From Bugula neritina (Eukaryota > Animalia > Bryozoa), in assembly GCA_964035545.1 (NCBI GenBank), contig OZ037769.1, forward strand, positions 9,446,129 through 9,510,128: a DNA stretch of 64,000 nt. Reading direction: 5' to 3'. The stretch's first letter is position 1; each line of letters begins with the position of its first letter. Below the pieces are notes generated by a model. It did not search any database, was not told where the DNA came from, and saw only the letters and a program-made list of their open reading frames with translations. The position numbers and the translations under genes were made by a program. Positions 10,778-22,435 of the stretch are shown piece after piece.

Positions 10778-12984
10778 ATCACCCAGGGAGGCCCGCGCGT
10801 CTGTCGCCCCGCTGGGCGCCGCGCGGAGATGCTGTGAAGTGGCGACCCCCGCGGCAAGTAGGCTCAAGCCACTCGCCGCCTGGGTCCTCTACGCCACTCC
10901 GGCACCAACACGGAGCCGGCAGACGGTTGACCACAGAGCCTGCGAGGGAAACGGTACAAGCGCCGCAAGGCGTACCGCCCCAACCTCGGCAGCTGGTCAA
11001 TAGTCGCCGCCAACCGTGGACCCCTCGACCCACAGCGAGGGAGGTGCAACCACGGCACACTCAATTGCAGCCGCACGGAAGTAGCTACTTCCTGCCAGGG
11101 AAGTTAGCCGGCAAGCCTGCCAACTTCCTCCTGGACTCCGGCTGCACCACCAACCTCCTTAGCCGTCAGTTCTTTGACACCCTCAGCGCTAAGGTCAAGG
11201 ACAGGTTGGCACCGTACGAGGGGGATCACGGCACCTTGGCAGACGGGTCGTGCATTCCCTTCTACGGCATTATTGAGCTAACTGGTTACGTCCGTAACCA
11301 GGCCATCCAAGAGACGTTTATCGTCGGGCAGCTCAACGAGGATGCTATCCTCGGGATGCCATTCTTACAACGACACGGTTGTCGCATCGATTTCAGTAAA
11401 TCTGCGATAATCATGGGCGACAAGGAGCTCGCTTGTGTCGATAAGTTTGGTCGTCCTCTAGCGGGAGCAGTGCAGGTAGTACGGAGCTGTACTATACCAG
11501 GCCACTCCCGGGCTACCGTCCGCTGCAAGGTAGACGGTGGCCAAACCTCTAAGTTGGGAGTTGTCGAAAGTACGCACTCGAGAGTCCAACTTGCCCGTAG
11601 TTTTAGCCGGCTCACGGGGCAAGGAGAGATCTCAGTGCAGTGTGTCAACCCCTTCTCAGAGACAGTAGACCTACCACCCAGATCCATGCTGGGTCGCTTC
11701 CATCCTGTCCAGGAGGAAGCCATTGGGCCGTCGTCGGGAGCTACGACGGAAGGTCCTCAGCAGAGCCCGTCTCGAGGGCGGAGGACCGTCCCAACCCACG
11801 CCTCCCCTCCTCCAGGGACGCGTGGCTGCACAGGCAACGGGAAACGCCAGGCTATGGCTAGGTTGCCACATGGGTACAGTGAGGCGTTCAGCCACACAGA
11901 CCACGGAGCCCGCCTAAATAGAGCAGGCTGCCGTGAGGTACCGCGGGCGGCGAGGACCGCCCCTGCTCAGCCACTTCAACAGAGGGCTGACACGCCCCCG
12001 GAGGCTGCCCAGAGCCTCCGCGCCAAACCTGTATGGGCTGGTAACGTTAGGGAGCTGCCGAAGCTCCAGGAATGCCTTCCTGGGGTGGTAGCCGACGTGT
12101 ACCGAGCGAAACAGGAGGGGCGACGACCCAGTAGTACACAACGGCGACAGGGATGCGCCGAGTTACGGCTGTACTGTCAACGTTGGAGCTCTCTGCGGGT
12201 CGGGCCAGATGGTCTGCTAACCATGACCTTGGCCACCAACAGCAGACAGCCAGTCAGGAAGAGGGTTGTCTGCCCAGTTGCCATCCGCCGGAAGTTGATA
12301 CAAGACACTCACGAGGAGACTCACGGAGGAGTCCAAGGGGTGGTCACCAAGCTACAACTCCGGTGGTACTGGCCTAACATGGAACGGGATATCCGACGCA
12401 GAGTGAGACGGTGCAAAGTCTGCCAGACCAACAAGCATAGCCGTCTCCCTGGTGAAGTGGGGCGGCAGACGCATTGTGTGAGAAGGTCTCGGCAGGCGGA
12501 GACTGTCAACCTGGCCGGAAACACCTCCATGACACGTCAGGAAGACTTGGCGAGGCGAGAAAGGCCACTTCCGTCCTTGAAAGTGCGCCCACCGCCCCCA
12601 ATGTCAAGCCTGCCATCATCACCACTTCCGGAACCAGAAACAGGTCCGGAAGTGCAAAAACCCCCCGTGGGAGGGGCTCCGCAAGGAGATGCCAACATAG
12701 GACCAGCACCACACACTAGGCAACTTCCAGCGTGTCTCAGAGACTGTGTACGTGACCGCGGTATAAGCGGCAGTAACAAAAGTCTAGAGAGGCCTCGCGT
12801 AGGAAAACAGGCAAAGAGCCGTGGGAGTTGTGATCACCACGAGAATCTCAACTTTTGCCTCGGCGGAATCTCACACGAGATTCATCCGCTGGAAGTGAAA
12901 AGCCCTAGTCACGTTTCACAACCACGCTGTCCGGTCTTTTCCTATGTTGATGCAGTCGAGAGTAGACGTGCCAGTAAACAGTAA
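10624..12984 (+). CDS. Truncated Pol (-1 frame to gag): aspartic protease + integrase HHCC domain; RT/RNase H and integrase catalytic core absent
   Basis: FLLDSGCTTNLL...DAILGMPFL (protease); HEETHGG...WYWPNMERDIRRRVRRCKVC (integrase Zn domain). No YxDD or RNase H motif and no integrase D,D35E. Candidate slippery site GGGTTAAAC at ~10725-10733. Confidence 0.88.
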   Translation: MRAAGTITRHGAPLLLGMRKARTFPEKLPSTPTRVKLPRPADVPTSCGPSVNHPGRPARLSPRWAPRGDAVKWRPPRQVGSSHSPPGSSTPLRHQHGAGRRLTTEPARETVQAPQGVPPQPRQLVNSRRQPWTPRPTAREVQPRHTQLQPHGSSYFLPGKLAGKPANFLLDSGCTTNLLSRQFFDTLSAKVKDRLAPYEGDHGTLADGSCIPFYGIIELTGYVRNQAIQETFIVGQLNEDAILGMPFLQRHGCRIDFSKSAIIMGDKELACVDKFGRPLAGAVQVVRSCTIPGHSRATVRCKVDGGQTSKLGVVESTHSRVQLARSFSRLTGQGEISVQCVNPFSETVDLPPRSMLGRFHPVQEEAIGPSSGATTEGPQQSPSRGRRTVPTHASPPPGTRGCTGNGKRQAMARLPHGYSEAFSHTDHGARLNRAGCREVPRAARTAPAQPLQQRADTPPEAAQSLRAKPVWAGNVRELPKLQECLPGVVADVYRAKQEGRRPSSTQRRQGCAELRLYCQRWSSLRVGPDGLLTMTLATNSRQPVRKRVVCPVAIRRKLIQDTHEETHGGVQGVVTKLQLRWYWPNMERDIRRRVRRCKVCQTNKHSRLPGEVGRQTHCVRRSRQAETVNLAGNTSMTRQEDLARRERPLPSLKVRPPPPMSSLPSSPLPEPETGPEVQKPPVGGAPQGDANIGPAPHTRQLPACLRDCVRDRGISGSNKSLERPRVGKQAKSRGSCDHHENLNFCLGGISHEIHPLEVKSPSHVSQPRCPVFSYVDAVESRRASKQ

Positions 12985-13007
12985 TCAGATACCACTTTCA
13001 TTCCAAA

Positions 13008-14055
13008 ATGTCTTACTATTCTGGATCGAAGGGTGAGTTAATTATGTTTTTGGTACGATAACTAGACTGCATCAGTCAGCTACACTAGCTAGCTGGAGAT
13101 TCGATAATGATAAACAGTGGTGGGAATACACGTCGACTTTGATTTTAAGTAATCTATCATAGCGAGTGTGTTCTCCATCAACTATTCATTAGCCTGAATC
13201 TCACGAGTGTAACTGAACAGAGTACCGGTCAGGCTGTACACGCCGACGGTGTCTCAGTGTATAATCTTTAACACTGCTACTCTTTCAGATCACACTCGAG
13301 TGACCACCTCCCGGTCACGAAACCAGCCAACCTCTCTGTCTATGGAAGAAGAGCCTGTAATGGAGAATGGCATACCAGTAGTACTCCGCCGACGACACCG
13401 TTGGGTGTCACCCACGACAGAGAGGAGAATTGAAGAAGCCTGGGGACCCAGTGGACCACACCGAACCTGCCAGGTCTGCTTTGAGGAGTGCCCGTCGCAC
13501 CGCTCCTTGCGTTTACATGTGGATGCCCATTTCCTACTCCACTTCTGTCCCTGCGGCTTCCACGACGTCTACCCGTATCCCGTGACAGTACATAAGCTAA
13601 GCTGCTTCGCCGGAGAGAACCACACTGTTGATGAAGACAGTTTCCCCCTATACCTGGATGCCATCAAACCAGTCATCAGGAAGGCTATTACCCTGGCCGC
13701 ACTAACGTCAGGGTTTCACGTACTGATACTATCTGCCCGCCATAAGTCCCCTATGGTTCAGGGCCCACCTCCTACCCCCGTCAACCCTAGCGACACCCCA
13801 GAAGTAGAAGAAACAACCATATCCCGTATCACGGAGACCCCCGTAACCCCACCAAGACCTAGCCAGCTGGCTAACGTAGAAGAGCGGCTTCTAAGACTGC
13901 AAGCCGAATTCACACAACTTGCCCCTGACTTGCTGGATACGACGACAGGTCTATACCAGTTGAAAGACTCAGTGGGACGACTGAAGAGGCGGCTACGGGC
14001 CCGACAGGCTCGACACCGAGCACGGTCGCTACAAGAAGCAGAGTCCAACCAATGA
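13008..14055 (+). CDS. Accessory ORF3 of the LTR element: predicted two-exon gene (13008-13032 + 13289-14055) for a tandem Zn-finger / coiled-coil / Arg-rich protein
   Basis: Open frame 13249-14055 contains C-x2-C-x12-H-x3-H (CQVC...HVDAH), C-x-C-x12-H-x3-C and a heptad-rich C-terminus. CAAAATG at 13004-13010, donor AGG|GTGAGT at 13033 and acceptor tctttcAG at 13288 join in frame (phase 1). Confidence 0.7.
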
Positions 14056-14348
14056 GAATGCCTGGGGTAGGCACCTTCGTTGAGCTATAGCTCGTTTAGG
14101 ATATGACGAGCGCTCCGACATTGGCCCGCGTGCTGGTAAGCACCCTCTCTCTTAATAGCTGACTAGATGTGTGTGATCGATCACCCTGTTGTCTTCTAAT
14201 GTAAACGTTGTCGTGTTTAACTATTTCTTTTCTTACTCTTTGTGGGTTTACTTATGAATATTTCCTTTTTGGATTATTGTATGGTTTTTCATTATGTTTT
14301 TTTATTATTGTGTTATCAGAAAGTAGGGCTTTCTGCTGGGGGGGACGG

Positions 14349-14700
14349 TGTAGTGAGTAGTGCAAGTACAAATACAGGAATCGCCCTCTCCCTATTCTTG
14401 GAATACTTAGACTCTTATGTAGCAACCAATTAGCAGCTCCGGAAGATATGCTTCCGAGTCACGTGACACTTCCCGGGTTAATAAGATTATATCACGTTGT
14501 TGTAAGCGGAGGCTTGTAGTAGTAACATGTGTTAGTAGTTGACTCTTGTATAGGATAATTTGATGTGATGTTTGTTTTATGCTTTATTGTGGATAATAAA
14601 TATAATTACTCGACAGCTACCCTAGTAATTGATAACAGAATAACCAGCTAACTATACGCAAGTAAATAACTCACGCTCAGTAATTGCACAAATTACTACA
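14349..14700 (+). repeat. 3' LTR, preceded by polypurine tract GGGGGGGACGG
   Basis: Matches 9440-9791; PPT at 14338-14348. Confidence 0.95.
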
Positions 14701-15419
14701 GTATTACTATTAGTATTAATATTAATGATTGGGATAAGAACAGTGTGAAAATGCGCAATCGCAATAGCAATGTATTGAAAATAAATACCCAAGGCTCATA
14801 CAAATGACAGTGATGTGTGAGTGACAGTGATCACTTCGAGTAAGTTCGAGTAACGAACACACATCTAAACCGTTCAGCGATAACCGGACAGTTGGAAAAA
14901 TAACTAATGGTAATACTGATTTTATGAGTATAAGTTATAGCATAATAATATTTATATTAACTTCAAGTTTAAGCGTCTAGTAACCTTTAACAATAACTTT
15001 ATGACTAAATATGAGTTTAAGCCTCAAGGCTTTATCCACTATGAAAGAAGTGGCAATGATTGATTCTAAATAACTATAGTTATACAATAGTTATTACTAA
15101 CGCCATGATTATAATCACTGTCGTTGTTGCTGTATTTGATTATGAATGGTCCATGCTGTGATTGTTGAAGAATTAGGCAATGACATTTTTGTCTGGACAG
15201 CTTTAATTTAGCAAACCAAATATTTTTACATTAACAGGAATAAGTAACGGAAAAGTTATAGCAAAAGTATAGTTTCGAACAAAACATGTACGGAGCTATT
15301 TAGTTTCGGTAGAACGCATTATTAAGAGAAGATAACTTTAATTTAAGATGCCAATCGTAGTCTCTGGTGATATCATGGTCTTTGTATTAGGCTTGCCTAT
15401 AGTCTATATCAACACACCT

Positions 15420-16290
15420 TCTCAATCTGCACACCAAAGCATTTGATCACATCAGTGTATTGTGGTGCTGTCTGAGGTTTGGTCCTACAATCAGCTAAGG
15501 TTTGGTTGCTAGGTACATATGGGTAAGTGATAAATAATACCAGCGTGTTGTGGTGCAGCCTGCTCACATAAGAAGTGGTAATTGATATTAATATGCTTGG
15601 TGGAAGAATGTTGAAAAGCATCACCCTTGGCAAGAGACATAGCTCTTTGATTATCAGTGTAGATGACACTGATAAACAGCAAAAGGAGCGCAGCAGGCCT
15701 ACAGCATGTCTTTGGCTGCCTCACACTAAGTGCCATATAGCTGCCGTGCTTTGCACTATCGAAGTACTATTGCCAGTTGTTTACAGATCTTTCAGTTTAT
15801 AGGCGTGCCATATTTTTCAGAGGTGAGCTCATTGCCAGTTGATGATCGTCGATCGTTGACATCGCCTGCTCAGTCTGCACCTGAAAGCCACAAGAGTACC
15901 ATCTAGTAACTCGAAAACACCTGACTGCTGTGACATAATTTAAGCTAGTTGGTTTATCAGAAAATTGTGAACGCTATGAAATGGTTCAATTATTCAACTA
16001 AGATCAGGTCTTGTGGCTGCCATAAAGCAGATAAGGCTGCTGATGGACTGGTGGTAAGGAAATCCTATATCCAAGAACGCTTGATGTTCTTCATCTTCTG
16101 CCTTGTGTAATATGGCGGTTTTATCAGCTGATGTCTTGATAGGCTTGCAATATGTCTTGTTGAACTGATATGTTGCTTGTTGAACTGAGATATTTGATAA
16201 CTAACATCATCAAGATGTTTCAAGTCAATCCTAAGAGTCATCTTCACCATCAGCAACTTCCACTTTTCATTGTCACCAGAAGACACAGCA
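15420..16290 (-). pseudogene. Decayed Ty1/Copia RT-RNase H remnant
   Basis: Minus-strand fragments GAD*AGDVNDRRSSTG, YTDNQRAMSLAK, FQHSSTKHININYHFLCE and YVPSNQTLAD are typical of the Copia RNase H region; multiple stops and frameshifts. Confidence 0.75.
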
Positions 16291-17589
16291 TGTTAGTAGG
16301 TTTGTGGAGCACTAAATAGAGCTAACTAAGCATAATATGTAGAAATAGTCATCAAGGTACTTTGATTTCTTATATTCTCGTTTTGGTTTAATTCAAATGA
16401 TAACTTGAGGAATGCAATTTTAACAAGAATATTTATACTTTTATAAGTTACACTTTTAGCCTATATATGGAAATACAGACTGAATGGACAATAAACAATA
16501 ATGTTAGTGCGTCGTCTATGCCCTGAGTATAGGCATTCATGCATACAGCATTTGTGCTGTCGCACTATTTTACAAATAAAAGTATATTAAAAATTAAAAC
16601 TGATACAAATCACAATTACCAAATTTATTTTGTACAGGCTACCATATTGTGTCAACTCGTGGGAACTGCTTCATATATTACTACACAGGTAAAACAATAC
16701 AAGTATTTGAAACTTACGCCAATAGTAAGAGGAAGACAAATTCACAGCAGGCAGTGAGGTTAGCTACAGTTCTATTGACTGCAGGTAAAAAGGAGCACAA
16801 ATCAGAGTGTTTATCTGGTGATTCTTCACCAATGAGCCATGGAAAATAATTTTATAATAAGATATTTAATAATACATTTGCAGGAAGTGATTTTCCAGCC
16901 ATTGTTCTCTACAGTCCGGTCTCACAGGCTACACCAACTCCAAGCTTAAGAACCCCAAACTATTGCACTCAGTCACCCCCAACTTGGAGCTGCTTATCAA
17001 ACATTTCACACTCTATATAGTCTATACTGCCATGGTCAAATTGCTTTTATTCGTAGTTGTGCTCTCTCTATGACGGGGGAGGGGGGAACCTGTTAGTAAT
17101 AGGTCTTAAAATTATGACAAGATCTATAGGCATGAAGGTGCACTAAAATATAACAAAACTGTACGTTAATATATCACATGATATAATCAGTGTGAGTATG
17201 AGTTTGAACAAAAGAGGTAAAATATGACCAACAGAATAGACTTTTGTGCATCTCAGATATGGAACATAATGGAAATTACAAATGCAAGCAGTTTAATTAA
17301 AATAACCTGAAAATCTTACTTAGATAAATATAATCATGTTTTGCTATAATTGGTAACTAATAAACTCATACTTACAAATTTCTGATTTAGGATTACACTA
17401 TATTGAAAACATAACAAAAAAAGATAAGCGCGCGTGCGTGCGTGTGTGTGTGTGTGATACATAGCTTTTATTTGATATGTTGTTATTGCATGTAATTCAC
17501 ATATAATATACTTCAACAGTTCTTTTAGTATATTATAGTAATATGAAGCAGCAGATGCTGCTATATATATCTATATATTACTACACAGT

Positions 17590-18110
17590 TATACTCTGCT
17601 ATACTACCCTGTGCTATACTACCCTGTGCTATACTACCCTGTGCTATACTACCCTGTGCTATACTACCCTGTGCTATACTACCCTGTGCTATACTACCCT
17701 GTGCTATACTACCCTGTGCTATACTACCCTGTGCTATACTACCCTGTGCTATACTACCCTGTGCTATACTACCCTGTGCTATACTACCCTGTGCTATACT
17801 ACCCTGTGCTATACTACCCTGTGCTATACTACCCTGTGCTATACTACCCTGTGCTATACTACCCTGTGCTATACTACCCTGTGCTATACTACCCTGTGCT
17901 ATACTACCCTGTGCTATACTACCCTGTGCTATACTACCCTGTGCTATACTACGTTCTATTATACTACATTCTGCTATAACAGTACACTCTGCTATACCAG
18001 TACACTCTGCTATACTACGGTATGCTATATTACACTCTACTATACTACACTCTACCATGCACTCTGTTATTCTTTACTATTTTCTGTTATACTCTACTCT
18101 GCTATAAAAT
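17590..18110. repeat. 15-bp minisatellite (GTGCTATACTACCCT)n, ~24 perfect units then degenerate
   Basis: Directly visible; explains the three repetitive ORFs here. Confidence 0.97.
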
Positions 18111-18488
18111 GACCTAATATACTATACATTATGCTGTACTCAATTTTATTCTATTTTATTACACTTGTATTTTACTATTTGGAAACACAGTTTTATTTTA
18201 GCTCATTTTTATCTCCAAATGTGCTTCCTAATTATTGAAAATATTATATTGTAATAGCATTTGTTGTGAGACAACCCAAAAGTAGAAATGTAATGCATGA
18301 ACTTATATATATTATACAGAGTGAATTTGTTACCAAGGAATAATTTTATTAGAAAAATATATTTATAAAAAGTAAATTCTAACAGTAAAATAAAATATAG
18401 GTTATAGGTAAGAAATTTATAAGAAATACAGCAATAAATTCCATTTGGCACAACATGTGATATATTGCAAGATAGAATACAACATGAA

Positions 18489-20184
18489 TTAGTAAAGAAA
18501 AGATGCAGATAGTTGTTTAGGCATTAGAGACATGCTGTATGACTGATGAGGACAAGAAACTGCTACTGGGTTGGTGCTACTATCACTTAGCCCCTTGTAT
18601 AGTTTATAGGGGTTTTGCATTCTTGCTGGATCACCAGGCTGAAAACCGCTGTGACCTTCTGCTGGTGTGTCGACGTGAGATTTCAAATGCAACATCAAAT
18701 CTTCAAATGAGAAATGTTTCTTCCCGCAGTAGCCATCTGGTGTGACCCAGTGACATTGGTGTGATGGAGGTTTGGGTGGTTGCAAGACATTTGAAGAAAA
18801 ATTTGATAATGAAAAAGGTTTGTTGTTTCCCAGTAGCAACTTTCTGTAATTTAGTAATGCTTCTGTGGAAGGTACGGTCAATAAGCTGTCATTAGAAGCT
18901 GAAGGAGTGCGATAAAGCTTGTAATAGAAGTTTGCAGCTAGTTTTGTAAGTTCTGTCGGGTAAGCTAGAGTGTTGAGGGGAGACAATCCTAAATCCGGGG
19001 AATCTGCCAAGTAACTGTTTCCTGGTGGAGCTAACGAACTAATGCTGTTGAATAATGGCAGCTTTAATTTTTCCAATTCAGCTTGGTACAAGAGTTTTTG
19101 ATAGAGTGCTTGCTGCTGAATAGAGGCAGCAGTGTAATGCTCAGTTTGGTATGGTAGGCTTACAAGTGCAGGCCTACTACAGGTGACGGGTTGTGACAGG
19201 TAAGATGCATGTGTTTGCATGCTGCTATTAGGTGATTTTGATATGCTGCCATCAGGTGATTGTAATATGCTGTCAACTCTTTCAATGGAATTAGCTGATA
19301 GCTTAGATATTCTTTCTTTTGTTAGTTTTAGTGGCTTATGCACAAAACCATTCTGTACCCTGCGTGGTGGTGAACGCTTTGCCCGCTGTTCTTTGGATCT
19401 ACTGGGAGAGCCCACGCCAATATTTCTACAAGTCTCCTGGAGCTTCACTAATGGTGACACACTATTCTGTAAGGACATACAGACAACATTGAAATATCGT
19501 AGTGCCATTCCATTTTATTTAATCACTTAAAAAGGCTTTATTAACATTTTTATTTAGAGTCCAATGAAACTTAAAGCTGTTTTGCAAGTTGATTGATGTA
19601 AGTTTACAATAACTTTTTCAACACAGAAGACATTATAGAGCAGCCTAGAAAACACAAAAATAAGCCTCAAAAAATTTTTTCCCAGGATAATTAAGATTGG
19701 AACACAACTAAGATATAAATCACAATTTTATCCTTCTGCAATAATTAGGTAAGTTTAATTTAATTTACACAATAAATGTTGAAAATGCAACTATTCTAAA
19801 TATAAAAATGTTATCATATAAAAATATATACACACATTACGTACTTTGTGTTATAGCCTATACTTATACCGAGAAGCTAAATAAAATTAGTTTGTGTAGT
19901 TGAACAAACACAAATATAATAATATTATATTTTTTTACAATTTTATTTTATTTATCAAGCATGTAGCATTATTTTACAGCTGTGAGCAGAAAACCAACTG
20001 TTATGAAAGTCTGTATTTGCTATTTTATGTGTGAATGTTGTGTATGTATAAAATTGTATGTTCATATGTGTGTTAGTATATAAAACAATAATATTCTATA
20101 AAACTAATAGTGTCAAATACTCACCAAGCAGAGAGGCTGATCTGGACATACATATTCATTGTCAGTGTTAGTTCTCTCCAGCAT
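18489..20184 (-). CDS. NET-family (NocA/Elbow/ZNF503/ZNF703-like) zinc-finger transcriptional regulator, two exons
   Basis: Exon 1 20184-20125 (MLERTNTDNEYVCPDQPLCL|GTGAGT) joins exon 2 19466-18489 in phase 0. Sp motif SPLVKLQETCRNIG. Single atypical C2H2 finger HQCHWVTPDGYCGKKHFSFEDLMLHLKSH. RMQNPYK resembles the RYHPY motif. Confidence 0.8.
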
Positions 20185-20941
20185 AACTTCGGCAGCAGCG
20201 AACTTCTGTGACCAGTAGGTATGAAAAGTAGTAAGTATGTGAGCTGGGAGTAGAGTACACCTATTGCAATCACTAACTTTCTTATTTTATAGTTTACACA
20301 TAGCAGTCATATTGTACGGCCTACATCAACATGCTTTATCACTTCTCCCGTGCCACTAACAATAAATCTAATTTGACATCAAAGGGTATGCGCCTCAGTC
20401 AGTCAATATAAAATTGGCCAATGAATGGGCTGAATAGGCTAGTGCATGAGGACCACCGCAACTAGGATCAGTGGCGCACACATCAATCACACTGCACAAC
20501 AGGTTGTCAATCAAATTTATTGTTCTTCTGCGGATCGTATTCTATGCGATATTATGTTCATATATGTATACATAATAAACTGCATAGGATAATAAAGCCC
20601 ATTGTATTGAAACATGTTTTGCAAACTTCACATCCATTGTGAGGCAGGAAAGGCGTTCACTGTGTAAATTAATATCTCATATGAGTGTAAAAGCTACAAG
20701 GTTGTGTTCTCATTGAACACATTGGCTGCTCTATTGTTTTTCCACAGCTTCCCATACCTCTTCTATTTACTTAACTGCATGCCGCAAGATCAAAGGCAAA
20801 AGCCGAGTAATTGTGTTTAAGTGTGATCAATAAGTAACAATTAGACTAATGGGAGCTGACAATCAGGTGTAGCTGTCACATTCAATCAGAGACAGAAAGT
20901 ATGATTTGTGTGAATAGTCTGAGGTAGACTCTACAACTGCC

Positions 20942-21247
20942 TAGTATTGCTATTGTATATACTCATCTACCTACAGACACCTCAGTAGTATTGCTATTGT
21001 ATATACTCATCTACTTACAGATACCTCAGTAGTATTGCTATTGTGTACACTCATCTACCTACAGACACCCCAGTAGCATTGCTATTGTGTACACTCATTT
21101 ACCTACAGACACCCCAGTAGTATTGCTATTGTGTATGCCCATCTACCTACAGACACCTCAGTAGTATTGCTATTGTGTATGCCCATCTACCTACAGACAC
21201 CTCAGTAGTATTGCTATTGTGTATGCCCATCTACCTACAGACACCTC
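20942..21247. repeat. 44-bp minisatellite, ~7 copies
   Basis: Unit agtagtattgctattgtgtatgcccatctacctacagacacctc with stepwise variants. Confidence 0.95.
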
Positions 21248-21666
21248 TGTACAAAAGTGATTCAACAGTCACATGCTGGCCCCTGTCCTGCTGGTAGATG
21301 TGAAAAACAACTCAATATTCAGTGTGTTGTGAAGCTGCTTTGATGATGACAGACACATGGAATTTGTTTGATCTTTATTTTTATTACAGCCATCATGTGT
21401 CACTATACTTCTTACCTCAGATGATGCTGGTAGCAATACACCTGACATGTTGGCTGATGCTACAGGTTCTTTACTCTCAAGCTGTTGAATTTAGCATTAA
21501 AAAGCAGTTTTAATATAATTCTGAAAATAATGTTTAAGAAAAATAGTGATTAGTTGAAATATCCAACATTTCAAAATACACTTTGGTGCTAGATGTGAAT
21601 AGCTGGATACATGTTCATTGTTAATTTGCTAATCTACCTCCCCCCAACGTTATTTTATGCTCTTAA

Positions 21667-22435
21667 AGGATTGCTCTATCTTGTCTAATAAATGGCCATT
21701 TAGGTCAAACACACACAATATTGTGTTTTTCTAAGCATGCATTGACAAAAAGCATTTGACCAAAGGTAGAAAAAGTTAGTTGAAGTTGAGGGTGTAGATT
21801 GGTAACAGCCAAAACGCCGATTTTGAAATGAGCTGGGAACTGTGACGTAACAGCGCCAGCATTCCTGCTGGTCACGTGACTATACAAATGAATTACTATA
21901 GAAATATGACTGTGAGATGTGATCTTTCAGCTCGTAATTTGTATATTTATAGAAGTGCAAATGTGAATTCTCTTAATCTATAGCTTTTTGACATTTTAAA
22001 TAACATGTATGTAATAACATTAGGCTATATTTTGCTTGTAACCATTAGAAAAAAGCATTGCAAAAGCATGCATTCTTTAGGATGAATGCCTGCAATCGAT
22101 CTAAACTAGGTCAGATTGTGCAATATTACGGGCGCACCAAAGTTGACCTATATAGCGCACTGTAACTGCTTGAGCGTTATTGGTTGATATTGTGCTCAGC
22201 AACCTTGAATACTAGCGTTATAGTTAGCACGTGCAGCATAGTTACTGGCGTTCACACGTCACGTATTAGGCTATTCTTTTTCATGGCTGAAAATTTTACC
22301 GCCCTCAAAATTGGAATTTTGAAAAGCTGTTTTCTAGGCACATATCCCTTTGCAAAGTCACAATTGTTTGCATACACATTAAATTATAGTTCATAATTAT
22401 AATGTGATTGTAATAAACTAAGATTGAGCAATCCT
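21667..22435. mobile_element. Non-autonomous TTAA-specific DNA transposon (Kolobok-like), copy 1
   Basis: TTAA|AGGATTGCTC(T)ATCTT ... AAGATTGAGCAATCCT|TTAA. A near-identical copy is at 60687-61453. AG termini with a TTAA TSD fit Kolobok better than piggyBac (CC termini). Confidence 0.85.

Larger units (their letters stand above)
9440..14700 (+). mobile_element. Full-length, non-autonomous Ty3/Gypsy LTR retrotransposon (gag, protease, partial integrase, extra ORF3)
   Basis: 352-bp LTRs TGTAGT...ACTACA at 9440-9791 and 14349-14700, with no difference seen by eye. 4-bp TSD GTAT (9436-9439 and 14701-14704). PBS and PPT present. GC-rich coding interior. Confidence 0.95.

Noticed and set aside
10250-12779. 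Many short overlapping or antisense ORFs in the Gypsy interior
   Set aside because: Expected by chance in GC-rich coding DNA.
13249-14055. env gene in the third-ORF position
   Set aside because: No signal peptide, fusion peptide or transmembrane segment; Zn-finger and coiled-coil features instead.
17543-18112. Repetitive ORFs (CYTTL)n, (SIAQG)n, (LYYPV)n
   Set aside because: Translation artefacts of a 15-bp minisatellite.
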